From the NCBI RefSeq assembly GCF_964204645.1, contig NC_134025.1, forward strand, positions 5,208,001 to 5,272,000: a DNA stretch of 64,000 nucleotides, read 5' to 3'. A program made the translations under genes and the position numbers. This DNA is from Tubulanus polymorphus. Its lineage: Eukaryota; Animalia; Nemertea. This document shows positions 12,870 through 26,557 of the stretch, one piece after another. Below the pieces are notes generated by a model. The model did not search any database. It had not been told where the DNA came from and saw only the letters and a program-made list of their open reading frames with translations. Numbering within the stretch: position 1 is the first letter of the stretch; each line of letters opens with the position of its first letter.

Positions 12870-15800
12870 CGTACTAATCGCTAAACCAGAGTTCGTTCAT
12901 CGATATTTTAATATTTGACTGAAGTTTACAAATATAATTTTTACTATTAGTAAGAATATTCCAATCAATTTAATTATATCTGATGTTTGACTAAACGTGT
13001 ATTATAATTTTCACGACTTTTCGCTTGTAAATTGGTCACATTTATTATGTATGTATAAAGAGTAAATCATTAATCAATAAGATATCTCACATCAACTATA
13101 GATTTGCGCATTGAGAATTCTTTAAGCTCGCTTATTTCTAAATTAGTGATAGTTTGTCTGTGATGATTCATATTTAGCAAACCGTGTCTAAATTTGTCTA
13201 TATACGTATACTACGGTGAATGGGTTTATCATAAAGTGGTATTTTGTTTTAGATATGTTGAAAATAAACGCCAATATCTTAAAACGTTTTAGTTCTCTCA
13301 ATTCGGAGATTAAGGTTGGTATCGATCAATTGAAAAAAACGGAAGATAAGATAACAAACTGATATGATAAAATTTTCAAGTGAAGATTTTGTTATCATTA
13401 CGCTGAAGAACAAAACAAACACGGCCATTTTTAAGAGGGCACATGTCTGTCATCGACATAATGAATCGACACTGAAAATCGACACACAAACAATCCGGGT
13501 CAAAATGAATTCATTCAAGTAAATTCAAAAGGAAGGAAATTTATACAAGATCTTTTAAATGAGAAACCATCCAATATTATTTGAGTATAAGATAGGCCTT
13601 TCACTCACTATCTTCATCAACTAAAATCCAGTAATACAAGAGCCATACAAGGCATTCTGATTTTAGTCTCAAACGGATCAATTTCAATACCGCTTCGGTG
13701 CAGTGACATGTTAGATTCTTTCCAGAGCATTCTTTTCTGAAATCCTCAACGCAAATATCATCACAAATCATGCCAAAAGATTCTCTCCAAACTCAAATAT
13801 ATATCCGATCAGCTTTAAATACATCCTATAATCCTCACAGCCCGTAAAAGGAGACAAAACAAATATAAGATTTTTTATCGTTTTTAATATATATCATATA
13901 CATACATACATACAAGTACATCGTGAGAAAGCATTACAAGGTTATTTACAAATACAGGTTTAGGGAGCTCGAAATTCATCAAGGACGATTTAGCAACATA
14001 CCACAAAAACATTACTAAAAGGTGCCAGATAGCCATTATACAAACCACAGATATAATATAGTTAGCATGTTTACATATAAAACTAATAAAAGAACCATTT
14101 TCTAAATTTGCCATAAGACAAATATTAAAGAAGCTGGTCCCAATCAAATTAAAGTTATTCAGCATTTGTTAGTTGTACAATAAAAATACCGAGCACACAC
14201 TGTTAAAACGGAATAGATACTTTACCCTTCGCTGAACAAAGAGAAAACATAATCATACTACATGTACAAAATTTTTTCCGAATTCACGCTGCGGTTACAT
14301 GTGCCGATTTCATATTGTTTTATCCAACAATAATTGTAATACCCGGTATCTGCTTGTCCGTTTTATAGCTTGGTCACAGTCATGAAACAATAACCTATGT
14401 TCGTTTATCAATCTATCAACAAACACTACAACTGAATGATAAATCTGTCTTCCTATCATTTGATAGTGAGAATGTCAAGAATTATTTACACTGATTGGTA
14501 GTTGTACCTAAATGCCTGAATTAGAGTAAATTTCACCTACCTCAGACCCTCTCAGACATAGTCCCTTTTGGGCTAGAAAAAAATGTTGATCGGGTATACA
14601 TTCAACATTTCGGTAATTTTTAGTCTTGTTTTCACAAAAGAAAAGATTTGCATTCTTTTAGATTGTCTGAAAATATGGTCCAAATTTGTCAAAATGAGTT
14701 AGGCAAAGCTTACTGCTTTTATTTTTCAATTTAATGAATAAAACGATGAACACACAATAGCAGTAACCTACATGACTTGTAGTGGAATTCAGTTTGTTCT
14801 AAGAACCAATTTAACACAAAACCTACTAAATTATATTGATACAAAAATATGTACAAAGAAAATAAATTACTTCACTAGAAATGGTTGAAAGCAGCAATCA
14901 TTTCGATGTTTTATGGAAGCGTCTGGTTTCGGAAGGCTATTCTGACTCAAAGAGATACGATTACATTTTATTTAAATTATATTTCAATCACAATTACAAA
15001 CCATTCAGAATTTCTATTTCTGAACAGATTTCAGACACAAATGTGTAAATTGATTGATTCACTGCACTATGAAATACACTATTAAAAATTGAAACAACGA
15101 TTTGCAGTCCCTCATGAATCATTCGAAGTTGTGAACAGAAGATTAATGACCAAAGTTATTTGATCTAAATTAAGAATTTTATCTGGCCTTTAATAAGTGG
15201 AGTATTTTCCTATCACGCATTTCATAAAGTACACTTGATTTCAACTTACAAAATCATATAACTTATGAGGAATAAAAGGTAGACAGAATCTACTATACAT
15301 AGTTAACTATATGGTTAATACATATAAATCGAATATGAAATAACTGACAATTAACACTTCATCGGCTTAAAATGAACTTCAGGTCTCATGGCAAACTGCA
15401 CGTAGCATAATGATTAAAATCTTTACAGAAATTAAAATTTGTCGTAAAATATGCATAAAAACTGAAGATAAAGCAATATGAATTTAATACACACAGCATT
15501 TTTTTTTTTACTTACTATGGGAAATCATGTAAGTGTATCCAAATGTTAATAAAACAACAATATAACTTATCATCTTATCATCAACTTATCATCATAAAGA
15601 GACGAAACAATAATTACTACATGCAACCTGAATTTAATACGCGTTATCACACGCAGACACTAGGCAATAAAACTTGACATTGAAACTTGCCTTTTTAAAT
15701 AATCTGTTTCTAGCTCAAACTTAAATTTGTCATCTCATCGATGCATTATCAATTATTCTTTTGAAATCTAAAAACGGTGACTATCATTAGATGTGAATGA

Positions 15801-16658
15801 AATTTGGGTTTGTTAATTGTTTGGCCTTATGATAGAAACTTATACTCAACTCTCCATGAACGGAGCTACCGGTATATCATCATTGTTACAATTTTGGCAG
15901 TTATTGCAGATCGCTGTCCTGAAGAATATCTAAAAACGCAGACATTTCAGGTCATTTGTTCTTCCAAGGTCCGCAAACCATGTATGAACAAGAATGACCA
16001 TTATGCATGACTCAATGTGTTATAACTGATGTACAGGTATATTCTGAATTGTTAGAAATGAGTCTTATTTACACAAGTCTTTGTTCAACGTCCGCCACCA
16101 TAAATATCAAGCTTTATGAATTGTATCAATCACGTGCCTAATAGATAAAATCGAAATTTGATATGCGTTTCAAAATAAGAACTGCTCTAAGTACCGGCTC
16201 GGTAGAAATCAACACAAATCTCAATATAGTAAATCTCTACAGAAATTACAGTTGTACATGGAACCTGATACAACAAATAAAACCAGAACATTTACAACCA
16301 AAATTCACGATCTAATCATTATCACTGAAATGTCATATATCTATATGTCGTATAAGTTAACCAAATACTAAATACATCATCCCAGCAGAATAGAGCAAAG
16401 GAGCTAACCACCTTGATTAGCGTTAGATTCTATCGTATGGTTTAACTGTGTAGGCACTGATTTGCAGACAATATTTTGAGTTCACACATGTAGCCGCCTG
16501 TACAGACATTTCATGCAATATCAGTAATTGAATCGCATTCGAAATACACGACATATACAAATAGCATCATCTGATATTCTATTTGAGCGAAGAGTTTGAA
16601 AGAAGAATCATTAGATCATAAAATCAGCACATGAAATGTTTTCTCGGAGCATAGTTGG

Positions 16659-19200
<2,542 letters not shown>

Positions 19201-19569
19201 TTAAATGTCGATAAAATCATCAATAATTTCTCAGTCACCATATCTACAAACCAAATATGAAATAAAGATCATATAATTATGGAGGAATTGTGTAAGATGT
19301 TGATTTATTTTGGCAATACAAAATTGAATCGTGAAACTGAATGACTATTTTGACTGAATTGAATTTGTTGCTAATTTTCATCAGTGACGGTGTGTGTTAT
19401 TCGGTTGTCTTCGAGTTTGTTTCTCGTTATCTGTGTAACTGAATGACACCGGCAAATATTTCACTTCAGAATATAGAAGACTATCGCAGAACCCATGAAC
19501 AATTACCATATTGCCATCGACCAGTCCTCTTGATGCAATTTATTCCAAGAACTTCATTTGATAAACACC

Positions 19570-19630
19570 AACCCGGAAGTAATTTTGCATCAGGTGGCAG
19601 CACTTTCTGGTAAGAGATGTGGCGGCGGGC
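19570..19630 (-). promoter_or_regulatory. BTBD10 promoter with ETS (CCGGAAGT) and CTCF-like (CAGGTGGCAGCAC) motifs
   Basis: The motifs lie at 19573-19580 and 19591-19603, just upstream of a candidate non-coding exon with a donor near 19506. Confidence 0.45.
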
Positions 19631-19687
19631 GGCCGGACACCGGGTCGAAACTCCAGTCTTGTCTAATTAATAGCAAAAATCCTCTAG

Positions 19688-21365
19688 TCATCTAACATGG
19701 TATTCATTTATGAACACAATAGCACAATTTTCAGTCCATCCATTAAATTGCTAATTTATATCATGTGGCCTGACAACAGAAATCTGTGCATACATTGTCA
19801 TGCTACAATGATAGGCATTCTCACAAAATAAGAAAGAAGTTTCAGCCAATACTGTCATAATTTGATTCTTAATGTATTACATATAGTTTGGTTCGTTATA
19901 ATGATTCATTCATTTCCATTCTGAAATCTACATAGTGCACTTCTTCGACAATTATATTTTAACAAATTACAAGGCAAGTGCGTTCTCAAGATTTCGAACA
20001 ACACCAGAAATCAGGGATAATGTCACAACATGGAATGATGCAATAAGAGCCTACTATCTATATTCACCTAACCGAGACACAGTAGTACAAATAACACAAT
20101 AAATATCATTATTTTCATATACAGTATCCAATTTCTCAGTACCGGTACAAGTTTACTGTTCTCTGAAAGTATTAAACATTATTTATCAATAAGTAACCAC
20201 TTAAAACGTTCATCATAATTCTAATCACCATTTCCAATATCCTCATCAAAAATTCCAATTATAGTCATACAGAATCGATTTCATTAAAAACCATCAAGCA
20301 CCATAAGAAGAGACTTAGTTCCTCTTTACAACAAATCCTCAACTTAAACACAACAAGTTATACCCATCATTGGGTTCAATTTCGTGCAGAAAGCTAAACA
20401 GTCTAGTCTACTCTGAAGAAATAATTCACTGGGCAACATTTACTGTGTTAGTGTCATTACTCTTGAATTCATTACCGTATGTATGTTAAAGAGTTGAGAT
20501 AAATATTCTAGTGTAGGCGAAAACACTACAATAGTAAAATACACTGCTATAAATACTTATTATCAAAAATACATATGTATTTTTGTTATTATGTATGTTG
20601 AGCTCCGAAAAGTAAAACACGCAATGTGGATAAGTCTGTGAAAAAAATTTCAGTCCAACGCGTAGCCTAATGTATTTGGGATATTTATGATTATAGGCTA
20701 CTCACTGAATTAATTTTAGTTGATGAATATCTTGCCTTTTTATTCTTGAGTAAGTGCATGGAGATGCACCCTTTTCCGGAAACACCTCACAGTTACCCAA
20801 ACACAAGTTGTAAACACTCGGGAAATATCGGAATATAAGAGGCCCCCAGAATATCTGTGAGAGGTCAAAATTTACAAAGTTTTCTGGGAGAGGACCCCAA
20901 GACCCCCAACATTGCTTTGCGCCTGTGGCACTTGGCAAAGCATACTGAAAGTTCCTAAACGCAAGTTTCAGTTTTACTTTTCAGATTTTTGAACACACCC
21001 ATTTTTACTGCTGGCTGCGCTACTAAACCAGACAGCTGGCTGTTGTTAATGTTTCAAATCAGTTTCTAGATCAATCATTGATGATTTGTTGTTGACAGTT
21101 GAATGATATACCGGTACTGATAATTGCGTTCCAATCTTGGCGAATACTTGGTCCTCCTATTTGCGAGTTTGAGCAAGGGCGAATGGCAAAATTATTGTCT
21201 GAAAATTGATAATGAGAATGTGCAATCGAATACTTAGTTGAGCATATATCAATGAATAAAATATTGAACATATAACCGGTACTGTACTTACCTTTGATGT
21301 CACTGTATCTTGAATAGTTACCGGTATTGAGTCCAGATTTTTGCTAGCAATCGTTGTTTTGAATT
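19688..21365 (-). pseudogene. Decayed partial duplicate of the orphan gene at 24492-25474 (end of exon 3, exon 4 and 3' flank)
   Basis: Colinear similarity of 21365-21050 with 24915-24600 (e.g. HSHYQFSDNNFA..SNSQIGGPS) and of 19688-20560 with 23633-24500. Exons 1-2 are missing and a repeat interrupts the copy. Confidence 0.8.
20655..21024. mobile_element. Non-autonomous MITE-like insertion in the duplicated segment
   Basis: Absent from the paralogous copy. Imperfect inverted termini GCGTAGCC ... GGCTGCGC and an internal GGGAGAGGACCCCAAGACCCCC motif typical of invertebrate MITEs. Confidence 0.45.
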
Positions 21366-21409
21366 CAGAAAAGAAATTGAAATACTATTGTATATGTCTG
21401 GCACCGATT

Positions 21410-21550
21410 TCCTAGGACATCACGCATAACCACATCTGCAGTAATCCTGCAATGATAAAAGCAAATTGGTATCAAATATGGGCAAATCGAGGGTTGATTC
21501 CAAGAAAAGATTATGTACACAGCAGTACCGGCAACAGATAATCTAATCAA
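21410..21550 (-). pseudogene. BTBD10 pseudo-exon fragment (copy of about 18036-18250)
   Basis: CCTAGGACATCACGCATAACCACATCTGCAGTAATCCTGCAAT matches 18037-18080 together with the adjacent intron. Confidence 0.7.
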
Positions 21551-21932
21551 ATATTCATTTTGGAAAAGTTATACATCTGAAATAAAGAATAAATTTCCAT
21601 TTGAATTGTCAGATATGCATGATTATTCAATTTTATATAATCTTTGTTGTATATCCCCCAGAAATACGGCATGTTTTACAATCCTTTCACAATCCCAAAT
21701 AATTTCAACTCATTGAATGTCTACGATGAAACCATTGATTATTCAATGTAGTTTCATATCATAATTTATGCCTAACCACGGAGCATGAAGACTCAGGTCT
21801 TAGAAAACTGACTCCATTAAATGGTGATGATAGCTATAGGAGAGATAATATGATTAGTTTGCCGTGAGGATACTGATATTTCATTGGTGAGATTACATAC
21901 GCTCCACCTATACCAGTAGTTTCTCATGATTA

Positions 21933-22879
21933 ATGATGAATTCTTCTGATTTCGGACGACCATTCAACAGTTACGTTCTGCTTATGTCAGTAGAGAACAA
22001 ATCTGGTAGCTACCGTTTATTTTCTTTGGTTATATTACCAATCACCTTCTTACTGGGAACTTTTGGAAATATAGCAACTTTCATTATTATGACTAATCAT
22101 AGATTCTGCAGATTATCCTACGCTAACTAATTGTTTTATCTCTATGTGATCTTCTCGCTTGCACCTACTTTACTCTGATGCCTGTGCTACAATTTATTCT
22201 CCTGCACATTAAGAGTAGTGGCCCGATTTTTCTGATGAACTCATTAATGAGTTGTTATTTTTACGAGTTTTCAATGGCATTCGTGGCTTACAGCAGTTCA
22301 TGGTTGATTATAGGTATATCTCTAGAACGGGCTGCGGTGGTGGTCTTTCCATTTTCAGCTCGTTTGATATGCACGCCTAAATTCGCACGATGCGCCATTG
22401 TTTTCATCACTATAATTACTGCTTCCTTCTTACCATTTCACACATCAACTGACATGCATTTTCCAGACCAGTCTTATGGATGCTTCTACAGATATCGGTA
22501 CCCGACTTATGAATTGTTCATTGCATTAATTTCATACAATTACTATATACCTCTAACGTTGATCCTTTTGTGCAATTCTGTGATAATCATTCAACTATTC
22601 AGGGGTTCTAAGATTGATTCATCTGACATAAAATCAACGAAGACGAAACGCACGACAATAATGCTTGTAACAGTTTCACTCTCATTTGCTGTATTGACAA
22701 TTCCTCCCACACTTTGCCCGCTGTTACCAATTTCCTGGGAACTAAGTAATTTTCTTTTTGACATATTTATTAACTTTTTGATGTGCAACTATGCCATTAA
22801 TTTTTATATATATCTTTTACTGGGAAAGGAAATTCGTCAATATTTCTTAGATCGAATCTGTATCTTAAGAAACCGATGA
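21933..22879 (+). pseudogene. Intronless class A GPCR (FMRFamide/peptide-receptor-like) with one frameshift at about 22125-22129
   Basis: TM1 LGTFGN, TM2 LIVLSLCDLL (after the frame change), TM3 ISLERAAVVVFP, TM5 YYIPLTLILLCN, TM6 FAVLTIP, TM7 NYAINFYIY. Confidence 0.8.
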
Positions 22880-23086
22880 AATTTGCATTACAATGTTTTG
22901 ACTTCTTCAAGGTTTTGATGGTTTCTAAAGTCAAACTTACGGGTAAATAATTTTTTCTTGGATTCAGATTTTTGTTAAGAACACAGATTTAATTAGGTTA
23001 ACGCAGAACAGAATTATACGTATTTCAAGTGACATTTGTGAACAGTAGCAAGACAACACAAAATTCATCATCTAACAATAGCTTAC

Positions 23087-23610
<524 letters not shown>

Positions 23611-24491
23611 GGTTTTCTCCAGTTATTCTCTTGTCATCTTATATGGTATTCATTTATAAACACAAAAACACTAACAACAGTTAACTAAATTGCTGTTACT
23701 GATTTATATTTGGCCTCACAAGAGAAATTTGTTCATATACATTTTACCACTATGATAAGTAGTATAACAAATATAGCTTCATAAACCATCATCTCGAAAG
23801 AAAGAAGTTTCAGCCAATACTGACATACTTTGATTTTTAATGTAAACGTAGTGCTTCGCAATACCATTCTGAAATCTACACCGTTGGAATGACAAAATTT
23901 CTAAAAAGACATTAAACTTTGGACTAACATTTCAACAATGAAGTGCAATACTCTCCTTTGAACAGCATCAGACATCTGTGAAAAGTCATAACATGGAATG
24001 GTGAAATCAGATTCCATTACATGGATGGCACTTTCACTGAGACAGAGTAGCACAAATAACAACGAATATCATTCTAGGCTCCAAGGTTAATTAATTGCAT
24101 TAAACATTTAAATCCATGGAAAGGCAGTTACAACGTTCATCATAATTCTAAATCACCATTTCATTATCCTCATGAAAAATTCCAATTATATTCATATAGA
24201 ATTGATTTCATTAAACCATCAAGCACCATTAGAAGAGACTTAGTTCCTCTTTACAACAAATCTTCAACTCAAATATAACAAGAAAATCAACAAGAAATAC
24301 CCCATCACTGGGTTAATTTCACACAGAAAGCTAAACAGTTAAGTCTAGTCTACTCTGAAGAAATAATTCACTGCGCAACATTTACTGTCTTAGTGTCATT
24401 TACTCTTGAATTCATGACGTATTTTTGTTGGTAGTTAAGAACAGTTAAATATTCTAGTGAAGGTGTTAACGACCAAGTATTTATACATACA

Positions 24492-25474
24492 CTATAAATA
24501 CTTATGATGTCTGTTGGGTTGAACACCCTTGCTATTGTTCATTACACCTCTACTATTGGCAACTAGACCGCTGTTTCTGAACATCGATGGCTGTTGGCGA
24601 TATTTCGATTCAGTTTCTAGATCAATCTTCGACGATTCGTTGTTGGCAGTTGAATAACTAAATGATTTACTCGTTACACGGTTTCCCTCTTGGCGACCAC
24701 TGGGTCCTCCTATTTGTGAGTTTGAGCGAGAGCGACTGGCAAAATTATTGTCTGAAAATTGATAATGAGAGTGCGCAATCAAATACTTAGTTGAGCATAT
24801 CGATTCAAAATAAAATATTGAACATCTTGCTTGTACTGTACTTACCTCTGAAGTTACTGTATCTTGAATAATTATTGCGTGCAGGTTTTTGCTGGCCATC
24901 CTGATTTAAAGAATTCTGAGCATAAATTGACACATTACTCTTAATGTCCCACACACTTCCGAAGTCCAAAGCATCTGAAAATGGAAATTCTATCATTTAA
25001 ATCCAGTACAGAGACTTGGGTGAAACATCAGTCTTTCAGAAATCTTTATGAGAAAGCTTCACTACAACATACCATTACTAGGTCCAGAAGACTTAGTGCA
25101 GTCTTTCTTAGGATGATGGTAAGAATCTTCATTCCCAGAATCTTGTCTTGATTTTGAACCAGAGTACAGGAATCGCTTCTTATTTCCTGAATGAAGATAC
25201 ATGATTGAATCGAATGATCACACATGTGATTTGAATTGATTTAGTGTTGCACAGAATACATTATTTGTTAACGTGTGTTTGTCAATGTGTCAAGTGTTTG
25301 GACGTAAGATCGTGAAAGCATGAATCAGCCGAAAGTAATATAACCCTCTATACTCTCTAGATATTAATTTCTGCAGTTGAAAAAGCTGCCATTACGGTTA
25401 CGGTTTTTTAAGTGATCTTTGGCCTGGCCTGATGGAAACACGCGTGGAATCGATTGCAGCTTACCTGTCGACAT
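24492..25474 (-). CDS. Orphan 4-exon gene, about 170 aa, S/N/R-rich and probably disordered
   Basis: Exons 25474-25465, 25186-25073, 24974-24846 and 24751-24492 join via GT-AG phase-1 introns into one ORF (MSTGNKKRFLYSGSKSRQ...DALDFGSVWDIK...QPNRHHKYL). Confidence 0.6.
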
Positions 25475-25614
25475 TTCTGAATTCGATTCAGAAGTCAACA
25501 AAATATATCTATAGGTATTCAGATACTACTGATTGATTTGTGTGCAAAATTCATTTTTTTTCAAGAGGAATGTTGATCCTATGTCCAATGTTGATCCTCG
25601 GAAACACGATAGAA

Positions 25615-25950
25615 TGTATAAACCGGTCGGAGAACCGGACCCGGCACCGGCTCAATTCGGGCATAGCAATGGATTCGGCACCGGACGCCGCACACTTCTG
25701 CTATACGTCCACCGGTCCGCGAGCCGTTAAGTGGCTAGTTGGTCGTGGTCCCTTTGGATAAAGTATTGTTTTATTAACTCGCCGAGAGTCTGACTACTTT
25801 TAACCCCGACCGTTATCATCGGACACCAAGGCAAGCGGTAACGCGCCGGAACGGCGTTCCAAACTCGCGCGGGAGTCTCCGATCGCTGGACCACTCCAGA
25901 ATCCCCTGCCCGATTCTTCTACCCAATGATCGGCGGGCGGGATAGGTATT
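25615..25950. other. GC-rich hairpin-forming island; candidate structured ncRNA or promoter
   Basis: Sharp GC rise against the AT-rich background, several stem-loops and no convincing ORF. Confidence 0.35.
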
Positions 25951-26259
25951 TTCTCGAACAATAATGAATATTTTCATTGTGAAATTCACCGACTACTAGT
26001 AGCTAGTAGGCCTATTTTGTAAATCCTATTTCGAATTTCATTGGCTAAATGAAAGATACGGTAGTGCCTTTTGACGAGGAAAATCAAAATATCTGGTGGC
26101 GCGGGAACCGCCCACACGGCCCCCATCGACTGTAAAACTCCTCTTTTAAGAACCGATACGAATGAAATACATTTCAGGCACAAACAGAAACATCACTGAT
26201 ACCAGCAGGAAGCCGTCGTCTATCGCAATATACCGTACATGGAAATGAAAATCAAAATG

Positions 26260-26307
26260 CCCACGACGTTTCGAACTCTCTAATCAGAAATCATCGTTAG
26301 GTGTGGG
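26260..26307 (-). ncRNA. Degenerate Penelope-type minimal hammerhead ribozyme motif
   Basis: Minus strand reads CCCACAC-CTAACGA-TGATTTCTGATTAGAGAGTTC-GAAA-CGTC-GTGGG. The CUGANGA core has a G>A change. Confidence 0.4.
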
Positions 26308-26557
26308 TTTTAATCTTATAAGATACAAAGCAATTTCTGAATCATCTTCTCACTTCTCGTCAAAAACATCGTCATCGATTTGTACAAATCATTTTAAGAA
26401 GTGTAGCCGAGGGACATTTTGTATGTAATTAAAATTCAAGTCCGGAAGGACTTATAGTGTAAAATTGATTTATTTTTTGATCATACACAAAACGATGCAC
26501 ATATATATATTATACGCACTAATCACAGACGTTTATCAATTGAACATCACGCAACAA

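Noticed and set aside
12870-16658. Short ORFs between PAH and BTBD10
   Set aside because: AT-rich with no protein signal; best explained as convergent 3'UTRs.
20130-20222. C/D snoRNA-like ATGATGA...CTGA on the minus strand
   Set aside because: The D box is not retained in the paralogous copy at about 24060-24145, and no recognisable rRNA guide.
20270-20330. NACHT Walker-B-like LLMVLDGFNE remnant in the orphan gene's 3' flank
   Set aside because: It needs a frameshift in both copies and no other NACHT motif is visible.
25615-25950. Telomerase RNA, RNase P/MRP or 7SK assignment for the GC island
   Set aside because: No CTAACCCT-type template on either strand, only one half of a P4-like GTCTGA helix, and GATC spacing unlike 7SK. 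Left as unidentified.
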